Below, piece by piece: positions 1 through 12,992 of a stretch of 64,000 bases of DNA. This DNA is from Basidiobolus meristosporus CBS 931.73 (lineage: Eukaryota; Fungi; Basidiobolomycota), in contig MCFE01000430.1 of NCBI GenBank assembly GCA_002104905.1, forward strand, positions 1 to 64,000. The letters run 5' to 3'. The notes under the pieces were generated by a model. That model did not search any database. It saw only the letters and a program-made list of their open reading frames with translations, and was not told where the DNA came from. The position numbers and the translations under genes are program-made. Position 1 is the first letter of the stretch. Every line of letters starts with the position of its first letter.

Positions 1-125
1 CAACCAGTAATACAGTCATCCTATCCTACCCCTCCCCCATGGGCTTGAAGCACTTGCAGTGGTCATCTCTCTGTAGTGCAACTTTTAAGCCAGGATTTAG
101 CCCTGAATTATTCCTGGTACTCCCA

Positions 126-163
126 AGGTGAATATCTAGGAGCAATTACAAGTTTTTACAACA
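126..163 (-). repeat. 5' terminal fragment of copia-A LTR
   Basis: Reverse complement reads TGTTGTAAAAACTTGTAATT...ATATTCACC, matching the LTR-A start at 744 and 43748. Confidence 0.55.
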
Positions 164-258
164 GTTACAATGCTGGCAGCTTTGAATTCTTGACTCCCTT
201 CTTGATGTTATGGCAGGATTGTGATGGTGTTTTGATGGCCTTTTAGTAAGGTTTATAT

Positions 259-743
259 TGTTGTAAAAATTCGGAATTCCACCTAAATATTCACCTAACT
301 TAGTCACTTAGACCATTACCTTTAAATCCTAGAGAATACTGACCAAATTCCTTGTTGGGATTTACTTAGAATATTTACCCAGAACATTAAATTTGATAAG
401 TTGTCCAAACAGTAAAAACTGATCCCCCAGCTAATTTGGAGCACTGTGAAGCCTGCATATATGGGAAACAAGCCAGACAACCATTCAAGAGCTCTGGGTT
501 AATCAAAACTAAGAAAAAATTAGATCTAATTCACTCAGATCTGCATGGACCTATGCAAAATATATCCTTAGGTGGGATGAAGTATTTAATCATGTTTATT
601 GATGATTATACAAGATACATGTGGGTTTACTTCATGGAGAGAAAGGAAGAAGCTCTGTCTAAGTTCAGGGAGTTCAAAGCCATGGTGGAGAGAGAAACTG
701 GTGAGAAAATCAAGAAAATACACTCTGAAAATGGTGGGTAATA
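259..743 (+). mobile_element. Internally deleted copia-A fragment (first ~154 bp of LTR fused to integrase)
   Basis: LTR-A start TGTTGTA at 259 runs to ~412, then jumps to sequence matching 2418 onward (LEHCEAC...HSDL...FIDD; ORF 436-741). Confidence 0.85.
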
Positions 744-1074
744 TGTTGTAAAATTTGTATTTCCACCTAAATATTCACATAACTTAGTCACTTAGATCAT
801 CACCTTCATATCCTAGAGAATACTGACCAAATTCCTTGTTGGGATTTACTTAGAATATTTACCCAGAACATGAAAATTAGATAAGTTGTCCAAATAGCCC
901 CAAACCTTGCACACATGTTCTTGGGACCTTCCTTAACCTATTCTACATGTTTGTAATGTCAAGACCAGGTAAAAGTATAAATACTACTTTTACATTCAAT
1001 AAATCATTAAGTGAAAACCACATGATCTACTTGTTCTCCCAATCACTTCCAATATCTCCAAGACTCTTACAACA
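744..1074 (+). repeat. Copia-A 5' LTR (331 bp, short type)
   Basis: TGTTGTA...TACAACA, directly followed by the PBS; homologous to the other LTR-A copies. Confidence 0.93.
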
Positions 1075-1086
1075 GGTTATGAGCCC
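1075..1086 (+). promoter_or_regulatory. Primer-binding site, half-tRNA-iMet (copia/Ty5) type
   Basis: GGTTATGAGCCC abuts the LTR; same motif at 9435-9446(-), 41171-41182(-), 45365-45376 and 48106-48117. Confidence 0.8.
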
Positions 1087-1105
1087 CAAGCTGTCACTCT
1101 CTGCA

Positions 1106-3816
1106 ATGTTTACTACTGCTATTACTGGAATTTTTCCCTCTGCTGAAAAGTTGGATGGATCTAACTACCAAGTGTGGAAGGTGAAGATGAAGATGCTGCT
1201 ACAAGAAAGAGGCCTTTGGGATATTGTCATGGGAGAAGAATGTCCTCCTAAAAATGTGGGAGAGGAAGCCTTGAAGTACCAGAAGAAAGAACAAAGTGCC
1301 TTTAACTGCATTTGCCTTAATGTTAAAGACAAATTGCTAATTCAATGCTCAAGAGCAAAAACAGCAAAGAATGCCTGGAAGGCATTAGAAGACACCTAAC
1401 AGGCATGTTCAGCTGCTAAGAAAGTGTATCTGAGAAGAAAATTCTTTACTACAAAGATGCTGCCAGGAGAAGAAATGAAAAATCTAATTAACAGAATTAC
1501 CCTGCTGGTAGATGAAATGGAATCTGTGGGTGTACCAACTACTGATGAGGATGTGATAGTTACCATTCTGAATAGCCTGACAGACAGGTTTCAGGGCCTT
1601 GTATCAGCTCTAGAGTCCAGAACTGAAGATTTGACCTTAAATTATGTATATGGAAGGTGCCTGGATGAAGAATTAAGAAAATCAAGCGCCAATAAGAAGG
1701 AAAAAGAAAGTGCCTTAATAAACAATGATAACCAACAATGGAGGTACCCAAGACCCTACAAAGGCAACAGCAACCTATTTTGCAACTACTGCAAAAGGAA
1801 AGGACACACATCAGACCGATGTCTCAAAAAGAGTGATTATCAGCAAAAGAAGCCTAAATATGGAAATGCTGCAACAACTGAAGATAGACTATTCATATCT
1901 GCGCTAAATATGAGCACAAACAAGGATTCTCAGACATGGTATATTGACTCTGGAGCTTCTCAACACTTTACACACCAAAAAGAACTTTCTACCCAATATC
2001 AAGAAATTCTAATTAAGAAGGTTTTCATGGGTGACAATAGAACACTTGATGCAGTAGGAGAAGGAACTATCCAGGTAGACCTTAGAAGCAGTGAAGGAAG
2101 CCATACACTGACCTTTAAAGAAGAACTCTATGTACCAGAAATAGCCAAGAACCTACTCTCTGTAAGCAAGGCCACAGCAGAAGGACTCAGTTTCAGTTTT
2201 GACAATTCTGGATGCAGGATCACTGATCAAAATGGTGCCCATGTTGCTTTAGGCATCAGAGATCAGAACCTATAAAAGTTGACTTATATTCCATCATATT
2301 TGGAAGCCAATATAAGTAACTTAAATGAAGAAACACCAATGTTTTGGCACATGAGATTTGGACACATCAATTTTGATTATTTGGGCAAAATGATCAAAGA
2401 TCAGCTAATTTCCGGAGTAAAAATTGATCACCAAGCTAATTTGGAGCACTGTGAAGCCTGCATATATGGGAAACAAGCCAGACAATTGTTTAAGAGCCCT
2501 GGGTCAATCAAAACTAAGAAAAAATTAGATCTAATTCACTCAGATCTGTGTGGACCTATACAAAATTTATCCTTAGGCGGGATGAAGTATTTAATCACTT
2601 TTATTGATGATTATATAAGATACACATGGGTCTACTTCATGGAGAGAAAGGAAGAAGCTCTGTCTAAGCTCAGGGAGTTTAAAGCCATGGTGGAGAGAGA
2701 AACTGGTGAAAAAATCAAGAAAATACGCTCTGACAATGATGGAGAATATACCTCAAAACTCTTCATCCACTTCTGCAAAATTCATGGGATAAAGCAAGAG
2801 ACTACTGTACCATACTCCCCACAGCAAAATGGAGTAGCAGAACAAGCTAACAGATCAATATTTGATATGGCAAGATCTATGATCCATGATCAAAAATTAT
2901 CCTATGATTTTTGAGTGGAATCAGTAGCCACTACTGTATATCTTAAAAGTAGGAGTTATAACAGAGTACTTTGTGATTCTACTCCATTTGAAGCATGATA
3001 TGGATACAGACCAAGTGCAGAACATCTAAGAATATTTGGGTGTACAGCTAACTGGCAGCTACCCCAATGGAGACAAACCTTAACTTGGTCAAAACACAAC
3101 CAAATCAAGAGAGCTAGGTGCCATCAGAAAGCCCTGACTTTCCTTATCAATCTATGGTCGGCAGTCTGATGTATATCATGCTTGGAACACATCCAGATAT
3201 CTCATATGCAGTGGGAGTTGTCAGCCAACATAATCAGAACTATGGATCTGATCATATTGCAGCAGTTAAGCAGATTTTTAGATACCTAAAAGGAACTGCT
3301 CATATCTGCTTAAGATACACTAATAAGGATTCAGAACAGGATCTTGTGGGACACTCTGATGCTGATTGGGGACAAAATTTGGAAGACAGAAGATCCGCCA
3401 CAGGATACACCTTTCTTTACTGTAAAGGAGCATTTTCATGGAATTCAAGAAAGCAACCAACTGTAGCACTCTCTACCACTGAGGCAGAGTACATGGCAGC
3501 CTATGAAGCTACAAAAGAAGCAATTTGGTTAAGAAAGCTCTTTACAGACTTAGGCCTATGTTAAAAAATGCCTAATACTTTATTTCAAGATAATCAAGGA
3601 TGTATACAATTAGGTAGAAATCCAACTTTTCATGCTAGAACCAGGCACATTGATATTAGACATCATTTCATACATGAAGCTATAGAGAATAACTTAGTTA
3701 GCTTAGTTTACTGTGCCACAGATGAAATGATTGCAGACATATTTACCAAACCATTAGCTAGAGACAAGTTTGAATATCTTAGGTCAAATTTAGGACTAGT
3801 CAGTATGAACATTTAG
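1106..3816 (+). pseudogene. gag-pol: Copia-A gag-pol pseudogene
   Basis: ATG at 1106 (MFTTAITGIFPSAEKLDGSNYQVW). CNYCKRKGH knuckle, DSGAS, SDNDGEY, NGVAEQAN, HSDADW, TEAEY, ADIFTKPL. In-frame stops at 1397, 2273 and 2912. Confidence 0.92.
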
Positions 3817-3827
3817 CTGAGTGAGAG

Positions 3828-4175
3828 TGTAGTAAAATTTGTAATTCCACCTAAATATTCAACTAACTTAGTCACTTAGATCACCACCTTCAAATCCTAG
3901 AGAATACTAACCAAATTCCCTGTTGGGATTTACTTGAAATATTTTAACCAAAATACCAGGTAACCAGAACATGAAAATTCTCAAAGTAGTCCAAACAGCC
4001 CCAAACTTTGCACACATGCTCTTCAGACCTTCCTTAACCTATTCTATGTGTTTGCTATGCCAAGACCATGTAAAAGTATAAATACTACTTTTACATTCAA
4101 TAAATCATCAAGTGAAAACCACATAATCTACTTGTTCTCCCAATTACTTCCAATACCTCCAAGACTCTTACAACA
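3828..4175 (+). repeat. Copia-A 3' LTR (348 bp, long type)
   Basis: TGTAGTA...TACAACA after PPT-like GAGTGAGAG; carries ~17-18 extra bp relative to 744-1074. Confidence 0.9.
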
Positions 4176-4419
4176 GATAGGAGCATAAGATAAATAAGAA
4201 TTTGCATCATTAATCAGCTGATGTCTTGGCAACTGCTAAGTGGTTGGATAGATCTCAGATGACTTATCACTTGGAAAGACTTTGTAGATTAGTTATGTTT
4301 GGGTTAGGGAAAATCAGCTAGGGTACTAGATTTTCTAACGGAGTAAACAAAGCTGAGTTTTAAATGTTGATGCACAACATCACTTTGTCCCAGGAGAGGA
4401 GTTTTCTGATATCTTCTGG

Positions 4420-4577
4420 GTTCCCCTGTGGCTCCAATGCTGATCAATGATGGCAACATCATCAAAGTTGGTGTAAGGTTCCCAGGTGTTGTGTTTGGTG
4501 TCATAACCTTTCCACTTGACTAAATAAAGGCAACTTGGCACTTCTCCATCATGGTCAACAATAGCTTCAACTTCATA
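4420..4577 (-). pseudogene. Chromodomain at integrase C-terminus
   Basis: Manual translation gives YEVEAIVDHDGEVPSCLYLVKWKGYDTKHNTWEPYTNFDD; this frame is not in the ORF track. Confidence 0.9.
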
Positions 4578-5101
4578 TGATTTTGAGGTAACTGGGTCTT
4601 GAGATATGAGCTTCAGTGAAGAACATGGAAAGTCTTTGGGTAGCAGTGCTCCAGTATTGTCCTGAAGTACATAAAATCTGCCAGTGGCATGTCTGGCAAC
4701 TTTGAATGGGCCTTAAGATTTGGGGTTAAGTTTAGATTGTTGGATGGGATCTAGTGTCATGACATATGACCCATCCAGGAAGCTGCTGTTCCTGTGTCTT
4801 GAAGCGTATGTTGAAGTCATCTTTTGTTGTGAGGTCTTACTTCTGGCACTGACAGCAGGGTAGACAATGCTGGTAAGGTACTCAAGTTGGTTCTTTACCT
4901 TGTCTGTATTCAATTTTGCTAACTCTGTATTCTGGTAGTCTCCATAGTGGTTGTATCTTTTTCCAAGCATCAAAGAAAAGGTGTGGATCCATGTAGAGTG
5001 GCAATTTTGGTGTTGATAGCATACTGTACAGTGGGAATGTACTTGTCCCAATTCTGCTTAATACCCTTGATAGATTTCCTGATGATGTTCACTGAGGTCT
5101 G

Positions 5102-5450
5102 GGTTATAGAGATTTGCAATTCCTCCTAAATGTCCACCTAACTTGGTCACTTAGATAATTACCATCAAATCTTAGAGAATACTGACCAAATTCCTTGTTG
5201 GGACTTACTTGAAATATTTTCACCAAATTACCAGGTACCCAGAACATGAAAATTCTCAAAGTAGTCCAAACAGCCCCAAAACTTGCTCACATGTTCTTGG
5301 GACCTTCCTTAACCTATTTTACATGCTTGCAATGTGAAGACCATGTAAAAGTATAAATACTACTCATATATTCAATAAATCACTAAGTGAAAACCACATA
5401 ATCTACTTGTCCTCCCAACCACTTCCAATATCTCCAAGACTTTTACAACA
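5102..5450 (+). repeat. Solo copia-A LTR with 5-bp TSD GTCTG
   Basis: GTCTG at 5097-5101 and 5451-5455; lies inside the chromovirus integrase. Confidence 0.92.
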
Positions 5451-5584
5451 GTCTGAACATGTCTTTCAGCAAGTCCATTAGTTTTGGGATGATATGGAGT
5501 GATCAGATGGTGACCAATGGTGCTACTTTGGCAAATGGCTTTGATCACTTGATTTGCAAATTCTGTTTAATTATCCAATTGAAT

Positions 5585-5795
5585 ACACTTGTTCCATTGT
5601 GCCATTGATCATAGTGCCAGAAAGTGCTGTATATTTTGTTATTAATTTGATATTTTAGGGTCATATGCATGTCAAATTTGATCCCAAATTGGCACTGTAT
5701 GGCACCATCTGGCACTCTGTGGCATGATCAGGCACCATCTGGCATGCTATGGCACTATTGGGCACTATGATCAGCTGGAATGATGGAACAAGACT
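5585..5795. mobile_element. MITE of the AGAC...GTCT family (211 bp), TSD AAT
   Basis: Ends ACACTTGTTCCAT / ATGGAACAAGACT; AAT at 5582-5584 and 5796-5798. Removing it restores integrase FGFPKVIQLDN. Confidence 0.9.
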
Positions 5796-7026
5796 AATGA
5801 CCTTGGGGAATCCAAATAGGCAGAAGAGCTTAAATAGTGCTTGTGCAATAATGGCAGCATACCTGTCTGGGATAGCTTTGAGGAAGACAAAATGTATGCA
5901 AATATCCACAATTACAAAGAGGTAGTGATTACCATCATCACTAGTGGTGAAAGATCCAGCTAGAATGATTGCAATATGATCCACAGGAAGGCTTGCATGG
6001 ATGGGACTCAAAGGGTGAAATCCATGGTGGCTGATATTGTAAAGTTGACATTCTCTGCAAGACTTGACAGATTCTGGGTAGTCAGCTTTGATATTTGGCC
6101 AGTGATATCCATCCGAGTGTAGCTTCTTCATAAGTATGTCAGCTCCAAAGTGGCCAAATGACTCCTCTGTATCAATGTTTCCCTTCATTGGCTTGTGGGA
6201 TTTTCCAAGTTGCTGAATCCAGTTGAGGAATTATCTTGGAAGTTGTAGTGAGCTTACTAATTGTGTCAGTTATCACGTGTCTCTCCAAAGGTGAGGTTAG
6301 GAAAAGTCTTGAAAGGTGGTCAGGCAGGATGCTGAGGATTCCTGGGCTATGAATACTGTATTTTCATAATCAAGTAGAGTATCAAGCCAGTTGGTAAGCA
6401 TTGGAATCAGATTTTTTGAGTATGGATATAGACAAGGGCTTGATGGTCAGTGTACAAGGTAAAGTGGTTACCCCATAAGTACTGATGAAACTTCTTCAAG
6501 GCAAAGACTATGGCAGGTAGCGCCTTCTTGGTGGCAGAGTAGTTTCTCTTGGTAAGTTGTAGGGATCTGGCTTGAAAAGAGATCCAGTAAGGTGGATCTT
6601 GGTCTTCATCCTGGTATATGACAGCCCCTACCCCAACATTTGATGCATCTGTAGCAGCAACAAAGGTCAAAGTAAAGTGTGGGTAGGAAAGGGTGGGCAC
6701 TTGTGGGAGCAAGTGGTAGAGTGACTCAAATGCTTGGTCATGGGCCTTGTTCTAGGCTGAGAGAAGATCAGGACTAAGGTGTAATGCATCCAAAGGGGCA
6801 CTCAATGAGGACATGAGAGGAATGTATTCCCTGAAATAGTTAAATACACCAAGATAATGTTAGAGTTGCTTAGCACCAGTGGGTCTTGGCCATTCAGGAA
6901 TACTGACCAGTCTGAAAGGGTAAAGTTGGTGGCCATCCGGTACAACTATGAATCCAAGTAGATTGATTTTGAGACAAGCAAAACTGCACTCTTCAGCATT
7001 GAGAATCATTATGGTAGAGTAAACAT

Positions 7027-7813
7027 ACCTCCCACAGACAAGTTAATTCACACAGCTATTATATTGTACTTATCCATATTTTGTCTTATCAGTATTATCC
7101 CATTCTTCTTTTGCCCATATTATTAGTATTATTCCCATATGATGTCTACCCTGATTAGTTATTAGCATAAGTTATCCCAGATGTTATTCAGCTTTGTGAC
7201 CTGTATATATGTCTACATTAGGCAAGTACTTGCATCAGTACCCGTGACACATGACCTAAGTTTGTGTTTCCATCCCTACAATTTAAATACCATATATGGA
7301 ATCTTTATGTTGCACAGGTTTCAGACTACTGATCCTTGATTGGTAGGATGTGCTGTGCCTTTAAAACCTTCCAGGACACTCTTGGCGTACTTTTAGCTCA
7401 TAGTATTGTCATCAAGAAATCCATGGATGCCTAGAATTTTCTAGAACCTTGTCATTAGTAATCACTTTGCAATCAGGAAAAGTATTTAAGGGAATGTAAT
7501 CCCTCATCAATAAATCATCCTGTCTATCAGTAACACCTCTTCCTTATTAATTAGCAGTTGATCACTGCACTTGCCTTAAACAGTACAACTCAGACCTGCC
7601 ATCAAGGAGATTTTCAGGGTAGTGCACAAGACACACAGTGGCCTTTTGGAGACACTTGGAGCACCTAGGAAGCTAGAGAAGCAGGAGCTTTTACCATAGT
7701 GACATATTGACAAAGACACCAGCAGTTTAGACCCAGAGGCTATTGCACCCATCAGACACCTCACATATGTTGAGTTGTGTAGCTTCTCCTAGGAGTACCT
7801 CTACACCACCACA
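7027..7813 (+). repeat. LTR-derived insertion in chromovirus RT (3' part of an LTR-F-like sequence plus another LTR-like piece)
   Basis: 7450-7510 resembles 43890-43965 (TTAGTAATCACTT...AATAAATCATC) and ends CACCACCACA like LTR-F. ACAT flanks both sides (7023-7026, 7814-7817), but the left end lacks TG. Confidence 0.55.
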
Positions 7814-9283
7814 ACATCAATGACATGAGTTACATGATCATCACAGCTTGTAGAAAATATGACGACAACATCAACAAATACTTAGGTGTATGGTCCATTC
7901 TTGAGTATTATAGTCATGACTCTCTGGAATTTGCTGGAAAGTGTCTTTAGGCCAAAGGGAGCTCCCTGAAACATCCATTGCATAGTATTCCAAGTAAAGG
8001 CAGTCTTATGCTGATGATCAGGATGGATCTGGAATTGGTGATATGCATCCTTCAAGTCCAATTTTGAGAATGCTTTTGCGCCTGATAGCGAGGAAAAGAT
8101 ATCCTGAATTCTTGGAAATTTAAAATCTTGGAGAAGCCTGTTCAGAGGTCTAGGACCCAGATAGGGTCTCTTCAGAGTTAAATTTCCATCAGCGTCTTTC
8201 TTAGGTGCAAGCATCAAAGAGTTGTTGAATGTTGTGCCAACAGAGGCTTGCATGATAATTACATTGTCAGCCTACTTTTGGACTATTTCATCAACTAAGT
8301 GCTGACAAGAATGAAGAATTGGGTATTGCCTCTGCCATGTTGACTCACCAGGTGGGGTTTCTAGCATAACAATGGATTCTGGAATAGTGCAGAAAGTGTT
8401 TCTGGTAATGACCTAGTTTCTTTCTAGGGCCAGCTGAATACTCATTTTGACTGATTGAGAACACTCTTGAAAAGTTGGATTGTCTCCTCTGCTTCCAGAA
8501 GGGGTGAGATAGTCTCTGAAATCTGATCCATTATGGGTGGCTGAGATTTAGTGATTCCAGGATACAAAACTGGTAGTCCACCTATGTGAAAGCCAAGTTT
8601 GGTGAAGGTGTCTGGACCAATGACTACCTGAAGTCCATCTGGAATGTCAACAACTTCCACCTGATGGATTATAGTCATTGAGCCACAAGGTATGCTGATT
8701 GGGTTGGTGATACCAATTTTTGGGGCTGAGAGGTCCATAGCTGCAAGTATGATATTTCCTGGTTGCTTTCTATTTCCAATTTGAGTCCTTTGACTACATT
8801 AGGTGATAAAATAGAGTTGGATGATCCTGTATCCAGTAGCGCTACATATGATTGGCTGTTGAGTTTGAGTGGCACCTCTACAGCTTTCGGCTGTGCAATT
8901 GGTTGCTTCTTTTCTTGAACAGTTGCAATTTTAGCCAGAATCTCAAAGAGGTTGTGGTAATCCTGAGCTGTAGGTTCCTCATATGCTTCCTCATACCCTG
9001 TCAATTCATTGGTTGAATTTTCATCAAGGATCTGGTTAATCTTTGCCAATGGCATCCTCCATGAAGCTTACAATACTTTGTAATGGTTGACTTTTTTTGG
9101 TCACATGACTGCTCTCTTTTCTGGTTATTGCTGCAACTTGAGTGGAATTGCCTGAAGCCTTGCCAACAGCCACAGTCATGGTGATTGCAAGTGTACATAT
9201 CTCTGAGATTTTGTCATAGGTACATGCAGGGTTATATGCTTTGACAATAACAATATTGCTCTGTAGCTGGTGTGAGCAGCTTT

Positions 9284-9777
9284 TGTTGTGAGAGTCTTGC
9301 AGACATTGCAAGTGATTGGGAGAAGAAGTAGATTCTGTGGTTTTCACTAAATGATTTATTGAATGTAGAAGTGGTATTTATAGGGAAAAATTACAGTAAT
9401 AGCAGTAGTAAACACTGCAGAGAGTGACAGCTTGGGGCTCATAACCTGTTGTAAGAGTCTTGGAGATATTGGAAGTGATTGGGAGAACAAGTAGATCATG
9501 TGGTTTTCACTTAATGATTTATTGAATGTGAAAGTAGTATTTATGCTTTTACTTGGTCTTGGCATTACAAAATTGAAGAATAGGTTAAGGAAGGTCCCAA
9601 GAACATGTGTGCAAAGTTTGGGGCTATTTGGACAACTTATCTAATTTTCATGTTCTGGGTAAATATTCCAAGTAAATCCCAACAAGGAATTTTGTCAGTA
9701 TTATCTAGGATTTGAGGGTATGATCTAAGTGACTAAGTTAGGTGAATACTTAGGTGGAATTACAAATTTTCACAACA
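9284..9777 (-). mobile_element. Miniature copia-A derivative: full LTR, PBS, ~50-bp leader, last ~100 bp of LTR
   Basis: LTR 9447-9777, PBS 9435-9446, leader to ~9385, then LTR 3' part 9383-9284. No clear TSD. Confidence 0.8.
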
Positions 9778-10922
9778 GTTTGAAAGAAAATGAGAAGTAA
9801 GCAATGGATTGTCATCACTAACTACAGCTAATTTCACCTGTCTCTGGAATCTATCACAGAAGTGTTGCACAGATTCACCTATTGCATTTTAATTTCCCAT
9901 AGGTTGCAGTTTAGATGCGCTTTCTTGAGGGGATCCTCAAAATGGCCACAAAAGAGGTTCTGGGCAACTTTACATTTACTATTGGAAGGAATGCTTGTTT
10001 CAACCCAGTCAGCATCTTGCATAGGGAGAGAGAGAGGCAGAATTCTAGCCCAATTGGTGTTGGGTTTAGCTGATGTGCAGCCAAGACATGACTAAACTTG
10101 TAAAGAAACTCAGTAGGACTCTTTATGGTATTGGCTACTTGAGCATAAGGAGGCAAGGATCTTAGGAAAACCACTAAGGCAGGTCTAGAGGGAGATGTAG
10201 ATCTGGAGGATCCAAGGCTTGACTTCTTGGTGGCTGATGCTGAGCAAGGCTTGGTGGACTTTCTATGCTGTCAATTACAATGGCAACATTCTCCAGGGCT
10301 TCTTTGATGATTCCAATTTCAACTTGGTAACCAGAAATAACTTCAAGATATTCATCTCTACAATTATTGTCAGATCTTGACTTGGTAAGCTTTGAGTGCT
10401 CAGGCATCAAGTGTTTCTTTCATGCATGATGTTTTCAAGCTGTTCAGCTAGTTCTTTCTGATTTCTGTGGGCTTCTTCCAACATGGAAAGATTTGGATTG
10501 CTTGCTGTCAAGGTCACATTGTAAAGCAGTTGAATGTAATGGAATTAACAAAAAAAATGTTGTATCCACAAGAAATGTGTAATAAAACTCTTGAATGAGT
10601 TAACTGAACCTAGGTGACAACTAAGTGCAGAATCTTAGATTTGTCAAGAGTAACAGCAATATTAGCACAGAGGTTCTGGTCTAATATTGGTATTGTATAT
10701 AGCTGAGTTGAGCTATAAAGGCAACACAGTTGGTTTGCTATGCAGGCTAGACTTGGGCAGAACTAGATTGGAATTGTTGAATTCTTAATTTTGCTGAGGC
10801 ACATTCTTAAACTTCTTGAGACGCACACCAAACCAAAAGGTTCAGTAAACTTTATTTATACTTTTCTGATCAAGTGGAATTAGTTAGTGTCAAGAGACTT
10901 GACTAGTTGAAATTTTTTGCGG

Positions 10923-11358
10923 TGTGGTGGTGTTTAGGTCTAAGGGAGATATACATCCAGCACTTCTCAAGTGATTTGTGTGTGGGGTGCTCACTGGGTG
11001 CAATGACCTCCGGCAAAAGCTTGCTAGGAATACTTGGGCTCTGTCTCTAATCTAATGTGATGGGGAACAAAGCCACAAGCTTGTCAAGGGAAAACTATTG
11101 AGCTACAATCCCCAACTTAGTTGGCATCTTAACAAAAGTATGTGCTAGGCTCAGCATCCTTTGAGATGATGATGTATCAAAGCTTCCAAAGTCAAAACAA
11201 CTGTAAACTCCACCAGCAGGGGCTTGATAAGAATGCAGCTATGGTGAGTGGTTACAGAGACAGAGAAGTATCTTTGCATGTACAAGAATAAACTTGGGAA
11301 ATTTAAGGGTTGTAGAGAAATAGGGAAGTAGAAAATATAGGAATGAGCACATTAGTCA
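10923..11358 (-). repeat. Short-type LTR-F, truncated at one end
   Basis: Colinear with 44291-44733 and with the ends of 24287-25366. Confidence 0.8.
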
Positions 11359-11359
11359 C

Positions 11360-12992
11360 ACTAATATCTATGTGCTTAGTTCTAGCATGAAAGGTTAGAA
11401 CTCTACCTAATTGCATGCATCCTTGGTTGTTTCAAAATGCAGAATAGGCTTATTTTGACATATGCTTAGGTCTTTGAAAAGCTTTCTTAACCATATTGCT
11501 TCTTCTATAGCTTCACCAGCTGTTATAAACTCTGCTTCTGTGGCAAAAAATTCTTTAGTTAGTTGTTTTATTGGATTCCATAAAATTGCTCTTTTACCGT
11601 GCAGAAAGATGCATCCTGTGGTGGATCTTTTATTGTATAAATTTCATCCCCAATCAGCATCAGAGTATCCCACAAGATCCTGTTCTGAGTCCTTATAGGT
11701 GAGCTTTCAGCAGAAATCAGCAGTTCCTTTGCATTATTTAATGATCCACTTAACTGCAGCAATATGATCAGATCAATAGTTTGGATTATACTGCATCATA
11801 ACTCCCACCAAGTATGAGACATCTGGATGTGTTCCAAGTGCGAAATGAAATAGGATGCTAATTATAGATTGTCAAATAAATTCTGGGCTTTCAGATAGCA
11901 CCAAGCTCTCTTCATTTGATTGAGTTTTGGCCCAGTTATAGTTGGTCTTCATCTGGGTAGCCGCCAGTGTGCATTTTTCCATTTGGTACTTCTTAAGTAT
12001 AACTTCAATATACTTGGACTGGCTTAGGGTGATAATCTGGTCCATCTGTCTATGGAATATCTTATTCCATAGTAATAACTGAGTTCCCCTGATTGAACAT
12101 CTTCAACTACTTAGATAGGCTGTTTTTATTGGCTTCCAAGGTCTCTTTGTTATTAATGGCTATCATAAGATCATCAACATATAGAGCTAATAGTACTGAA
12201 TTTGCTTTATCTGGCTGAATGTAGATACAATAGTCAGCAGTACTCCTTTACAAACTCAAAGATTCCAAATAAGAATCTATCCTGCACCTATTGGCTCCTG
12301 ATGATTGTTTGAGCTTGCATACAAAGTGGGTAATATCTTAGTCAGCAAACCTATCAGGCTGATCCATGTATACATCTTCTTCAAGTTCCTAATTCAAAGA
12401 TACAGCATTCACAATCATTTGATGAATAATAAGCTTCTCTATGACTCCAATAATGTATAATAGTTGGATGAAATTGAACTAGGCTACCACAACAAAGGTT
12501 TCAGTGTAGTCTAGTACTTTTGTTTGAGAGTACCCTTTAGCCACAGGTCTTACTATATATCTTTCAATTTTACCATCAGCCTTGTATTTTGTTGTTAAAA
12601 ACCATCTACATCCATCTTATTTGGGGTTGATTAGTATATTAACTTAGTCTTAAGATTGGATTTCCATCAGAGCCTCATACTGCTCCGTTATAGCCAATCA
12701 CCAAAGCTCTGTCCAAGGACTATTTGGGGCCCCTTTGCAGCTTAGGGTGTGTAAATATATGCTGAATAGGCATTGTCTAAGTTTGTCCCTCTTTGATATA
12801 ACAATTTGGACTATTTCTAATCCTGTAAGATCTCCTTCTATGTATTGCCAAAGCAATCACTTCTGGGATATTCTTGAGAACTGGTTCTGGCTGAGCCACA
12901 GTAGTGGAGTCCTTTAAAGTGAAAAAACTCTCATCATTTGCTCTGATTCAATCTTGACTACTGGTAGATTTGAGATCAAGTTTTGTTATCAT
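11360..12992 (-). pseudogene. pol: Copia-A RT/RNase H relic
   Basis: Reverse complement is homologous to 3060-3660 (ORF 11568-11762 resembles YTNKDSEQDLVG...SATGY), with RT-like sequence upstream; many stops. Confidence 0.8.

Larger units (their letters stand above)
744..4175 (+). mobile_element. Ty1/copia family A element, decayed, lacking most of RT (~1.2-kb deletion near 3050)
   Basis: LTRs 744-1074 and 3828-4175 (TG...CA), PBS GGTTATGAGCCC, degenerate PPT before 3828. Domain order gag, Zn knuckle, protease (WYIDSGAS), integrase, RNase H. No matching TSD (TAATA vs GATAG). Confidence 0.93.
4176..10450 (-). mobile_element. Decayed Ty3/gypsy chromovirus interrupted by at least four insertions
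   Basis: Minus-strand order: gag-like (9911-10410, 9001-9283), protease LLDTGS (8675-9055), RT (7882-8253, KLDLKDAYHQ...PFGLK), RNase H (6407-6712, TDASNVG...NYSATK), integrase (5456-6250), chromodomain. Confidence 0.88.

Noticed and set aside
947-1105. N-terminal extension MFVMSRPGKS... of ORF 947-1399 (also ORF 9356-9565)
   Set aside because: It is read-through of LTR and PBS sequence; the gag-like sequence starts at ATG 1106.
9279-9782. TSD around the miniature copia-A
   Set aside because: Flanks GCTTT and GTTTG do not match.
10450-10922. Possible 5' LTR and poly-T leader of the chromovirus
   Set aside because: No second LTR copy is available to fix boundaries.
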